The notes below the pieces were generated by a model that was given only the letters and a program-made list of their open reading frames with translations, searched no databases and had not been told where the DNA came from. Source: an uncultured Candidatus Saccharibacteria bacterium (GTDB lineage Bacteria > Patescibacteriota > Saccharimonadia > Saccharimonadales > Saccharimonadaceae). Taken from it: a DNA stretch of 57,167 bases. The stretch spans positions 53,800 through 110,966 of the forward strand of contig CAZHUZ010000001.1 of the NCBI GenBank assembly GCA_964535835.1. The letters are read 5' to 3'. The number at the start of each line of letters is the position of its first letter. The stretch's first letter is position 1. Positions 29,357-38,297 of this stretch are shown here, piece after piece. A program made the position numbers and the translations under genes.

Positions 29357-29380
29357 GCCCGCGCTGAAATATGCGCGGGC
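29357..29380 (+). terminator. intrinsic terminator after the deoxyribosyltransferase-like gene
   Basis: 8-bp GC stem GCCCGCGC / GCGCGGGC with an 8-nt loop, followed by ATTCTCGTTTTATGATTTTG. Confidence 0.65.
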
Positions 29381-29389
29381 ATTCTCGTT

Positions 29390-29866
29390 TTATGATTTTG
29401 TTCGTATGTAGTGACAGGTATACCCACCCGGGTGTTTTTGTAGATAATCCTGATGCTCGTCTTCGGCTGACCAAAATTTGACATACGGCTCAAGACTCGT
29501 TGTGGCATTGCCATCATACAATCCGGAAGCATCTATGCGCTCGATTGCTTGCTCGGCGAGCTGTTTTTGCTCAGCTGTCTCATAAAAAATTGCCGATCGA
29601 TAGCTCGTGCCGATATCGTTGCCCTGCTGGTTGAGCGTCGTCGGGTCATGGATGCGAAAAAAGAAATCAAGCAGCACACTATAGCTCGTCACACTAGGGT
29701 CATAGGTAACTTTGAGCGCTTCAGCATGACCAGGATGATGCTCATAGGTTGGATAGTCATTTTTGCCGCCCATATATCCCACCTCGGTATCGATCACACC
29801 CGGTTGATCACGAAACAATTCCTCCATGCCCCAAAAACAGCCACCAGCGAGATATATTGCCTGCAT
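29390..29866 (-). CDS. msrA: peptide-methionine (S)-S-oxide reductase
   Basis: GGCFWG active-site motif near the N-terminus. Start at ATG 29866 ([16 protein letters not shown]). Confidence 0.9.
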   Translation of the reverse strand: MQAIYLAGGCFWGMEELFRDQPGVIDTEVGYMGGKNDYPTYEHHPGHAEALKVTYDPSVTSYSVLLDFFFRIHDPTTLNQQGNDIGTSYRSAIFYETAEQKQLAEQAIERIDASGLYDGNATTSLEPYVKFWSAEDEHQDYLQKHPGGYTCHYIRTKS

Positions 29867-29949
29867 ACAACTAGTATATCGCCGCTCCACGCAAAATAAT
29901 GTGATCGGTATCACTGATTTATCATCATGCTGTATCGTATACTGCTACT

Positions 29950-30321
29950 ATGCACCCAAAACCCGATCTGACCGACGAGCAACGCGCCGTGTTGTTTGAC
30001 CGAGCGACAGAAACACCATTTAGCGGTGCTTTGCTCGGTGAGTCACGCGACGGCAATTATACATGCGCAAACTGCGGCAACATACTATTTGATTCTGGTA
30101 CCAAATTTGAATCACATTGCGGTTGGCCGAGTTTTGATCAGGCTCGCGAGGGAGCTGTCACCTACTCTGCTGATGATTCGCACGGCATGATCCGCACCGA
30201 AGTCACCTGCGCCAACTGTGGCGGACATCTCGGGCATGTATTTGACGACGGACCTCGTGAAACCACCGGCAAACGGTACTGTATCAATTCGCTCTCGATG
30301 AAGTTCAAAGCAAAAAATTAA
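29950..30321 (+). CDS. msrB: peptide-methionine (R)-S-oxide reductase
   Basis: Two CxxC zinc pairs (CANCGN, CANCGGHLGHVF) and the catalytic motif RYCINS. Confidence 0.9.
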   Translation: MHPKPDLTDEQRAVLFDRATETPFSGALLGESRDGNYTCANCGNILFDSGTKFESHCGWPSFDQAREGAVTYSADDSHGMIRTEVTCANCGGHLGHVFDDGPRETTGKRYCINSLSMKFKAKN

Positions 30322-30399
30322 TCCTCAAAATACTACACTAAATCTAGCCCGCATAGATGACATATGATACTATTCCGAAGTAATATTTGGGATACCTAT

Positions 30400-30969
30400 A
30401 TGAAACGCTATAAGCAGCAAAATGGAATTACTGAAATTATACTGGCATTTGTTGGTTTATTTATCATTGCTTCTATTATGGATGGTAATTCGTCTGGATC
30501 GTCAAATGTTAATACGTTTATTGCAATTAGCGGTTTAGTAATCGGTGGGTTTCTGTATGTAAAATATCATGACAAATTAAACGCACCAATCAGATTTTCA
30601 AATAGACCTGCTCAATTATTTGCCGATTTGGCAAAGGTTGATGCTATGAGTGGAGTAGAGTTTGAAAATTATGTAGCTGACCTATTACGTGCACGAAATT
30701 ATCGCGTGCAGATGCTTGGCGGGAGTGGTGATGGTGGTGTTGACCTCGTCGCACAACTCGGTATGGAAAAATATGCCATACAGGTCAAACGATATAGTAA
30801 ACCAATCAGCCGCAATGCAGTCTCCGATGCCGTCGCAGGTAAGAGCCTCCACCGCTGCACGCATGCGATGGTCATCACAAATAGCTACTTCACACCAAAG
30901 GCTCGTGGCTATACGCGACTTGCTAAATGTCAGTTAGCGAATAGAGAACTGCCCACCAAATTGATCTAA
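30400..30969 (+). CDS. membrane-anchored Mrr-type (PD-(D/E)xK) restriction endonuclease domain protein
   Basis: Two N-terminal TM helices, then FENYVADLL...GGSGDGGVDLVA...YAIQVKRY, matching the Mrr_cat D...D-x-(Q/E)-x-K core. The start could be 30364 or 30400. Confidence 0.7.
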   Translation: MKRYKQQNGITEIILAFVGLFIIASIMDGNSSGSSNVNTFIAISGLVIGGFLYVKYHDKLNAPIRFSNRPAQLFADLAKVDAMSGVEFENYVADLLRARNYRVQMLGGSGDGGVDLVAQLGMEKYAIQVKRYSKPISRNAVSDAVAGKSLHRCTHAMVITNSYFTPKARGYTRLAKCQLANRELPTKLI

Positions 30970-31020
30970 TCAGCAAATTATCCAAGATAAAAGTTAAACG
31001 GTTTGGTTTTTTTATTTGGG

Positions 31021-31797
31021 CTAATATTCATAGACTAATTTATTTCGTAAAATCTCGTTATCGATATTGTCAAAGAATAGCAATAACATTTCAAAACACT
31101 TTTCATAATCAGATTTTGATAACTTTACGTAATCATCTTGGTCGTATTTACTATCGTCAATACCTGCCGCCTTAAGATTGGAAAAAAAATTTGAATCTGG
31201 GAATGACTGGTTATGAACAATAATGTGCCGTAACTGCCAATACTCATGTATTCCTGAAACATATTCATCTTCAATTTTAATATCAAAATATCCCTTGAGT
31301 ATTCCTTGAACTTGTTTCATATTTTGAAAATTTAGTCGTTCTCTTGGATTTTTATCACCCTCAAGTTTCTCGATCAATAATTCACCCAGCTCGCTATCGG
31401 ACGACGCGATTAATATTTCATCAAGTGAGAAGCTGATGCTGCTACCTTTTTTCACTTTTAACTTTCTAAAGTTTTTTATCACCAGAGTATCGAACATTGA
31501 TCGCATAACTGATTCTGCATTACCAACAAGTAGTACCGTCGCCTGAGAGTATAGTAAGCTACTAATTTCCTTCTGTTTTTCTTCTACAGAACGAGCCATA
31601 TTATCAAAAACAGTATTAGCGTTCTTAACTTGCTTTTTGTATCCTATCGGTAAGTCAGTTAAGCCATCTCGTAGCCTTCTGAAAGAGTCTGTATAGATAG
31701 AATGTAAATTTCTAAAACTCGTAAATATTGCATCAATATCTGCTGTAGATGCTTCAAATTCTGATTTTACTGTTACAGCTATACTTTTCTTTGTCAT
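31021..31797 (-). CDS. HEPN-like putative RNase, third gene of the helicase-methylase operon
   Basis: 258 aa, mostly helical by composition. R-x4-H motif WQLRHIIVHN at residues 190-195. Starts 12 nt after the methyltransferase stop, with a GGTGAAGGG RBS region. Clearly more A+T-rich than its neighbours by eye. Confidence 0.5.
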   Translation of the reverse strand: MTKKSIAVTVKSEFEASTADIDAIFTSFRNLHSIYTDSFRRLRDGLTDLPIGYKKQVKNANTVFDNMARSVEEKQKEISSLLYSQATVLLVGNAESVMRSMFDTLVIKNFRKLKVKKGSSISFSLDEILIASSDSELGELLIEKLEGDKNPRERLNFQNMKQVQGILKGYFDIKIEDEYVSGIHEYWQLRHIIVHNQSFPDSNFFSNLKAAGIDDSKYDQDDYVKLSKSDYEKCFEMLLLFFDNIDNEILRNKLVYEY

Positions 31798-31809
31798 TAC
31801 CCTTCACCT

Positions 31810-34716
31810 TTACTTATGTTGGTATGATTCAATAACTTTTTGATCTTCGTCTGATATTCCATAGATTTTATAAATAAATTGATCGTTGTATCGAATATCA
31901 TTTTCAGTGTGAATCAAACTCTCTAATGGTATAACAAACGGGATTTTAGCCAGATCGCTCGTGTTAATCGGTAGAGCGCCTCCCTGCATATGCTGAAGCT
32001 TATATTTTTCACGATACCAGAAATTGATTAGATTTGAATTGAGCAACGCTTCAATATACTCTCCATCATCTGGATTTTTAGGCACAATTACATTTACTTT
32101 CCCACCAAGCGATTGATTGTTCTGAACATATGTAGCCCTAATACGTCCCGTCATCCTGGAAGTATAAATTACATCTGAATTAAGCTGTTTTTGTGCAGAT
32201 TGTCCTCCGTAGTCATCAATGTACTTATCTTCATATTTAATCTCGCCCTCATGAATCTGCGATGCTTCAATGAACTGAATATTAGAGCCTACCTTCTTAT
32301 ACGTAACCTTTTGCGTCGCAGAGGAAGCACAGAATATATCCGCCACACTGTCATCGCCAAGGCGAACACTTGTGCTTATATCAATTTTTTTCAAGATATC
32401 TCTGTATTCACTCACACAAACAGGCTCCTCAATCGGCTGAGGCAAGAGGATTTTCTTTAGCGGATTAGTGAGATCATAAATATTATTGAACTCACGATAG
32501 GTGATTGATTCATCTGGAGGACTATTTTGTAAAAGTGACACAAAAGTATAGGTGGCTGCCGAAAACACTTTTGCCCGTGCAAAATCCGATAAACTCACGA
32601 GTCGAATATCTCTAATAATATCTCTAAGACCTTTACAATTATCAAGGATCAGATACTGCTGAGGAGAAATATATGCGAGTATACCGGATATACTCAACTG
32701 TTTTATACCAAGCTCGAAGAAGTACGTGTATAGGTTTATCATTTTAGAGTGATGGGCTATTTTATAATCAGCAATTATCTCTTTAGTGCTTTTATCTATC
32801 TTGCGATAATCAATATATGGAGGGTTGCCGATCACTATGTCAAATCCATTCACCCCAAACATGTAATCGATATCAAAGAATTGAGCACATTTGGTACTGT
32901 CAAATGGGTCAAACGACTGTAGCTGCTTGGATCGCTGGCTACTGCTCAGACCAACCTGTGCCGTGAGAGACCGGTACTCTTGGCGTAGTTTTTGTTTGGA
33001 CTCTTTGGACCGAGCACGGAAATACTTGTCCCGCAGATCGGCAAGCTTGTCTCCGAGATTGTTTTCGCCAAATATATCGAGTGAATCACCCTCGGCAAGA
33101 GGTATCAAACTATTTGCTGTGATAAATTTGAAATCAAGGTTTGGCAATGGTTCATTTCGGAGCTTTTCCGGCACTTCATCGACTACCAGACTCAGCCATG
33201 CTCGCAGACGAGAAATGTCCGCCGCCATGGGATTGATATCGACACCATAGATGGTACTTTGCATAATACCGAGCTTGACTTCGTATTCATCAAGCTTGCG
33301 ATCGATACGCTGAAATATCCGTACCAGTAACTGCATCATACCCATAGGAAATGCTCCCGAACCACAGGCTGGGTCCAATACTTTTAGACGCTCTAAAGCT
33401 CGGCGTACTTCGTCACGATCGGCAGGACGCTTTTCAAATAGATGCTTAGTCTGATTGCTTTCGTCATTTGCCCACTCTTGTTCGGAAGTATCGATAAGCT
33501 TGTCGACGACGATAGTATGGTCAAGCACCTTACCATCGAGCTGGGTATAAAGATACTGCCTCAAGCTCTCACGACACATATAATCGACGATCTCACGTGG
33601 GGTGTAAAATGCTCCACTCGCTTTGCGTGCGTTTACTTTGGTCTCATCTACTTGTTCGGCAAGTAGGTTTTCAAATATTCGTCCGAGCATCTCGGGATCG
33701 ATAGCAACTTGCTCAAAATCAGGTGTTGATTCATCGGTTGTAAAATTGTATTCGTCAAAAAAATGAAATATATTTGCAAAATAGCCTGTCGGGAAACTAA
33801 TCGCATCATTCTGATCGAGCTCCGACTCATCAAATAGTCCGCCATTGAGATACGGTGTCTTCTGATCTTTGCGTTCGTCGATAGGAGTATTGAGCGTCGC
33901 AAAGAAAAGTTTGCGTAAATGTTCCACATAGTAGGTATCAGAGTTTGTGGTCACTGCAAAATATTTTTCACTCTCATTGATCACACCCTTTTTTCGTAAA
34001 AACCATACAAACAACAATCGTCCGATGAGGCGGTTAGTATACTGTTTTGCATCATCGTTTTCAAAGATATTTTTAGATACCAGGTGCTGTGTGAGATCGG
34101 TGAAAAACCGAGCAATTTCTTTGTAAAATTTCTTGTTTACTTCCTGCAATTGGAAACTATCCCACAATGCACTATGGAGACGCTCCTGCTCAAATATCCC
34201 TGACATATCAGACCAATTAGACAAAATAGTTTTTGCAGTATTGGTCAAATGGCCCTCTAATGTCAGTACTCTCACGAGTCCACGATTGCTGAGAGCGATT
34301 GTCATCGCATCGCCATCAGGATGCAAAAAAAAGTCTATCCCAATCGGTAGTTTTTGCTGACGAGTAAATTCAGCATCTTCGTAATTTGGCGTGAAATGCA
34401 CCGCAGCCATGATGCGTTGGCGCATACTTTTTTTGGCATCCTTGCCCAGACAGTAAAGTTTCGCCTGTACATGAGCATCGGGATCAACATTGAGACTGAC
34501 ACATGCTCGCTGACTCGTCAGAACAGGGTGCTTCAGAAACCATCCTTCGTGTTGGATGACTTTTTGATCCTGCAAAAACGCCTCGGTGTCTGACATAGAC
34601 GCGCCTAGTAATGCTACAATGCGTCGCGCCAATTCAAGTCCATGATCGTAGCCTGGATCTGATTTGAGCATATTTACTAATCGATCGATATCTTGCATGC
34701 TAGTTCGGTTTGGCAT
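31810..34716 (-). CDS. Eco57I/type IIG-like gamma-class N6-adenine DNA methyltransferase with C-terminal TaqI-like target-recognition domain; no recognisable nuclease domain
   Basis: 968 aa. Motifs: FYTPREIV (motif X), VLDPACGSGAFP (motif I), IYGVDINP, GNPPYI (motif IV). TRD-like LNSNLINFWY...GGALPINTSDLAKIPF. N-terminal helical region RLIGRLLFVWFLRKKG. The start overlaps the helicase gene by 17 nt. Confidence 0.9.
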   Translation of the reverse strand: MPNRTSMQDIDRLVNMLKSDPGYDHGLELARRIVALLGASMSDTEAFLQDQKVIQHEGWFLKHPVLTSQRACVSLNVDPDAHVQAKLYCLGKDAKKSMRQRIMAAVHFTPNYEDAEFTRQQKLPIGIDFFLHPDGDAMTIALSNRGLVRVLTLEGHLTNTAKTILSNWSDMSGIFEQERLHSALWDSFQLQEVNKKFYKEIARFFTDLTQHLVSKNIFENDDAKQYTNRLIGRLLFVWFLRKKGVINESEKYFAVTTNSDTYYVEHLRKLFFATLNTPIDERKDQKTPYLNGGLFDESELDQNDAISFPTGYFANIFHFFDEYNFTTDESTPDFEQVAIDPEMLGRIFENLLAEQVDETKVNARKASGAFYTPREIVDYMCRESLRQYLYTQLDGKVLDHTIVVDKLIDTSEQEWANDESNQTKHLFEKRPADRDEVRRALERLKVLDPACGSGAFPMGMMQLLVRIFQRIDRKLDEYEVKLGIMQSTIYGVDINPMAADISRLRAWLSLVVDEVPEKLRNEPLPNLDFKFITANSLIPLAEGDSLDIFGENNLGDKLADLRDKYFRARSKESKQKLRQEYRSLTAQVGLSSSQRSKQLQSFDPFDSTKCAQFFDIDYMFGVNGFDIVIGNPPYIDYRKIDKSTKEIIADYKIAHHSKMINLYTYFFELGIKQLSISGILAYISPQQYLILDNCKGLRDIIRDIRLVSLSDFARAKVFSAATYTFVSLLQNSPPDESITYREFNNIYDLTNPLKKILLPQPIEEPVCVSEYRDILKKIDISTSVRLGDDSVADIFCASSATQKVTYKKVGSNIQFIEASQIHEGEIKYEDKYIDDYGGQSAQKQLNSDVIYTSRMTGRIRATYVQNNQSLGGKVNVIVPKNPDDGEYIEALLNSNLINFWYREKYKLQHMQGGALPINTSDLAKIPFVIPLESLIHTENDIRYNDQFIYKIYGISDEDQKVIESYQHK

Positions 34717-37700
34717 AGTTGTATACTATCTCCATATTTTCCAGTATATGCTGTTTCGTCGATGCCTCCATCAGATATTTTGTTGGCTCAGTAATTAACA
34801 ATAGATCGGCGTCAGTCAACGGCTTATTTTGCTTGATTCGATCGTATGCTTTTCGCATACCATTCTCAAGTTGTTTCTCATACACACGATTTGTGCCACG
34901 TGTGAGAGCGTTGAAGATATCTGTCGTGTCTATACCTAGATTTGTCACGAGATAGTCTAGCACTTGGGTGTAAGATGGTTTCATCTTGCTGTCGCGTGGA
35001 CTCTCATACTCACTCGTCGCCAACATCTGTCCATAGCGAGAGATACGCGCTTCAACCGCCTCTTTGTCAAATTCTATTGCATCACGTATAGGATGGTTAT
35101 CCTCAGCTGTAGTCTGCATGTATGATAGCGCCGCGAGTGTATCAAATAGCTGCATCGTCCCTGCTCGTGGTTGTGATGCATAGAACCGCTGATGACCACC
35201 GATAACTTCAACTGATTCCTTGTTTTCTGCGTTTTTCACGTCAAATCGTACAAGTGTCAGAGCATCAGGGACGTTTTTGTTAACGACAGTCTTTGCAGGC
35301 AGCATACCCCATTTCCTCTTCGGTATACCATGATAAACACGACGTTTCGTTTCAAGATCCGACTCGGTGTCAAAACGGCGTAGGTCTGCGATATATCCAT
35401 CCTCGCCCAACGAGAAATCAGCTTCTTCCTCTAGGGCAGTCATGGCCTGTTGACGTAGTTGTTCATCTCCCGTAAGGAGTTTGAGCGTCGCATCGATATC
35501 AAGGTCATTTGCCGCATCGTCCAAGAAATCTACTGGTTTGGCTTTTTCTCCCAGGATTGACTGGTCTGTTCCTACTGTGTTGCGGATTAAATCAACCTTG
35601 TGTTGCAATCTTTCTACGAGACGGAGGTACTGCTCGAGTTGATGCTGTGGGTGCATATTGTAGATATATACGTTTTTATGCAGAGAACCGAGACGATTTA
35701 TACGACCATTGCGCTGGATCATCCGAACAGGATTCCAGTGCAAATCATAATTGATCAACACACCACAATCCTGTAGATTTTGTCCTTCACTCAGTACATC
35801 GGTACTAAATAGATAATCAAGTTCGGTATCAAGCGGCCCCATTTCATAGTGTTTTGCTATCGGTGCAAAACGTCCTGTGTAGTTTTCTACTAGTTTTTTG
35901 TTATGACCCGTAATGAATGCTGCATTTTCATGGTTGATCGCGTTACCAGTAAGCTGTGGGATACGCTTTTTTAGATACTCTATGGTATCAGCATAGAATG
36001 AAAATATGAGCACCTTTTTGCCGGCTGGCTGAGTATTGCGCAGATTTGATAGATGAGCCGCAAACGCCTCAAGCTTTTTATCTTCATCTGTCAATATTCT
36101 GACACATTGGAGAGCGCAATCAATAATCTTGAGATCGAATTCTATATCTGCTTTTAGCTCTGCGATATTGTGTGTGCGCTCTGAGATGTCGCTAGATTCT
36201 TCGTCGGTATCAAACACAATCTCAGTATCATCATCGCTAAATTCTTTGCGGATAGTATCGATATCTTTGATGGTGATCAGCTTGCCCTGATCGAGAGCAT
36301 CACGAAACGTCAGCAGTCTATCACGATACCTTCGTATGCTGATATCCAAGCTCTGCGGTGATGATTCAAGCCGCTTGAGATACCCAATACGAATAATATT
36401 ATGGATACTCATCTGAATACGTAAACGAAATCCATCTGATCCCTCTAGTTTATAAGCTCGAAGCTCCTCTACCGTCTTGTCATAAAATCTGTGCTGGTAC
36501 AGCATATCTCTATACAACGGCAATCCCAATGATAATACGAGTTGAAATATCATATCAAACGGAGAATTAGTCGGCAGCGCATCTTCGTCGATCATAGGTT
36601 TTTCGAGCGACCTAAGTGGATGTGATGAACGCTGCGTTTTTTCGAGTAATTCTTCTAGGCTATACGCAAATATTTTTGTAATAGGCAATGTGCCGTTGAA
36701 TGCACTCAGAACATCGCGAATCTTTTCAGCCTGTACCGACGTAAAGTCATAAGGCAATGAATCAACTATACCTTGAGGGAACTGTTTGAGGTTACCCTCT
36801 GAGTCTTTCAACCCGCCATAAGTTGCCTCAATACCCTGTCGTGTCGCCCGAACCATAAAGTGCGACAATGCAGGACGAAGTGCCTTTTTTACTTTGTTAA
36901 AATTAATTGTCTTACCTTGTTTAGCTTGCGCTTTAATTGAGGCATCAAGCGAACGGATCACTTCATCAAAATCACGGCTGCGAGGTGGTTCTTTTTCTTC
37001 ATTTGGTGTGTATAAAATTTTGTATGCACTACGGCTACCTTTTGCCGCAAGTTGGATTTGGTTGGCAAAATCAGACAGCTGATTGTTGATGGGTGTTGCT
37101 GTGAGCATGAGCACGTGGCTATTGGGATTCGCCGCCAACCAATCAAACATCATCTTGTACCTAGCGCCATTTTCTGATCGAAGATTGTGCGCCTCATCAA
37201 TCACAAATAGTCTCACTTGCGCGTCTTTATCTATTTGTCGTCGTCGATTTATCTCATCCTCGTTATGAAGTGATATGATCGAAACATCTGTTAAACCAAA
37301 TCCTTTTGATAGCTCACTTGTCCACTGGTTTTTGAGCGAAGCGGGCACTATTATCTCTACACGCTGTCGACCCTCCGGGCTATGTATATAATGATCGATC
37401 ACGCTCCCCGCAGTATATGTCTTGCCCAGCCCCACCGAATCAGACAGCATCGCCAATCGATAGTTTTTTAATTTTTTGATAAGTAGATTTGCATTACGCC
37501 GCTGAAATTCATATAGACTATTTTCGCGATTAAGTACATCATCATCCTCTAGCTCTTCTTTATATAGTTGATAGAGTGTAGCGATATACATCTCATATGG
37601 ACTAAACATCTGATCACCTACCGTCGACGTACTGAGGAGGCGACTAAATTCACCCGTCCATTCCTCTGCCTCATTCCAAAACTGATCAAACCAAAAGAGA

Positions 37701-38230
37701 TGCCCAATTTCTTGCGTCTCAGTCTTTGGCATAGAGGTGATGATACGTCCGTCTGCCTCCACGCTATTGAGTTCGGTGTTCCCCGTTAGACCTGCTCGCG
37801 TAAAATTACTCGACCCAATGATAGCGACATTTTCATTTGATCCATAGTTGCCAAATATATATGCTTTTGCGTGGAAAAAGGTCTTTTTGTAAATTTTTAC
37901 TTCTAGCTTATCTTCCTCTATTAGTGTGCGAATCCTGACGATAAGGTCTTTGTACGAAGACGTCTGCTCAAGCATTTCTAAATCACTAAAAATATCTTGA
38001 TCGGGGAAATCAATCTCAGGGTTTGATTTTTTATAACGAGGCGCAAGTGGTTCTTGGCCGATAAGTAATCTGATTTTTTTAAAATTTTCTAACTTATCAA
38101 TTAATAACTGTGTGCCAGGCAAGTCCCAATAGCCAGTCGCAATCGAAATTTCATCGTAGTTCTCACATAGCTGATCAAGAGTATCCTTGAGGACTCTCCT
38201 ATTATTATCGATTATTTTTGGCAATGACAT
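34700..38230 (-). CDS. PLD(HKD)-family nuclease domain fused to SNF2/SF2 helicase with about 330-aa uncharacterised C-terminal region
   Basis: 1176 aa. HKD motif FHAKAYIFG...IIGSSNFTRAGL. Helicase motif I SVGLGKTYT, motif II VIDEAHNLR, motif III LMLTATP, motifs V/VI LSEGQNLQ and QRNGRINRLG. Confidence 0.9.
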   Translation of the reverse strand: MSLPKIIDNNRRVLKDTLDQLCENYDEISIATGYWDLPGTQLLIDKLENFKKIRLLIGQEPLAPRYKKSNPEIDFPDQDIFSDLEMLEQTSSYKDLIVRIRTLIEEDKLEVKIYKKTFFHAKAYIFGNYGSNENVAIIGSSNFTRAGLTGNTELNSVEADGRIITSMPKTETQEIGHLFWFDQFWNEAEEWTGEFSRLLSTSTVGDQMFSPYEMYIATLYQLYKEELEDDDVLNRENSLYEFQRRNANLLIKKLKNYRLAMLSDSVGLGKTYTAGSVIDHYIHSPEGRQRVEIIVPASLKNQWTSELSKGFGLTDVSIISLHNEDEINRRRQIDKDAQVRLFVIDEAHNLRSENGARYKMMFDWLAANPNSHVLMLTATPINNQLSDFANQIQLAAKGSRSAYKILYTPNEEKEPPRSRDFDEVIRSLDASIKAQAKQGKTINFNKVKKALRPALSHFMVRATRQGIEATYGGLKDSEGNLKQFPQGIVDSLPYDFTSVQAEKIRDVLSAFNGTLPITKIFAYSLEELLEKTQRSSHPLRSLEKPMIDEDALPTNSPFDMIFQLVLSLGLPLYRDMLYQHRFYDKTVEELRAYKLEGSDGFRLRIQMSIHNIIRIGYLKRLESSPQSLDISIRRYRDRLLTFRDALDQGKLITIKDIDTIRKEFSDDDTEIVFDTDEESSDISERTHNIAELKADIEFDLKIIDCALQCVRILTDEDKKLEAFAAHLSNLRNTQPAGKKVLIFSFYADTIEYLKKRIPQLTGNAINHENAAFITGHNKKLVENYTGRFAPIAKHYEMGPLDTELDYLFSTDVLSEGQNLQDCGVLINYDLHWNPVRMIQRNGRINRLGSLHKNVYIYNMHPQHQLEQYLRLVERLQHKVDLIRNTVGTDQSILGEKAKPVDFLDDAANDLDIDATLKLLTGDEQLRQQAMTALEEEADFSLGEDGYIADLRRFDTESDLETKRRVYHGIPKRKWGMLPAKTVVNKNVPDALTLVRFDVKNAENKESVEVIGGHQRFYASQPRAGTMQLFDTLAALSYMQTTAEDNHPIRDAIEFDKEAVEARISRYGQMLATSEYESPRDSKMKPSYTQVLDYLVTNLGIDTTDIFNALTRGTNRVYEKQLENGMRKAYDRIKQNKPLTDADLLLITEPTKYLMEASTKQHILENMEIVYNYAKPN

Positions 38231-38297
38231 TAACTCTAGTATATCTTTTTCGCCCCTGTTTTTCTATACATCTCAAATAATAATGTATTATAAATCA

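Noticed and set aside
31021-38230. Classification of the helicase/methylase operon as DISARM, BREX, type I, type III, type ISP or Mokosh.
   Set aside because: - DISARM: no DrmA/DrmB (DUF1998) core.
- BREX: no PglZ, BrxC or BrxL.
- Type I: no HsdS or HsdR.
- Type III: the methylase is gamma-class with its own TRD and sits downstream of the helicase gene, which is not a beta-class Mod arrangement.
- Type ISP: nuclease-helicase and methylase are separate polypeptides and the nuclease is PLD, not Mrr.
- Mokosh: the helicase is SNF2-type, not the SF1/COG1112 type.

Only partial resemblance to each is noted.
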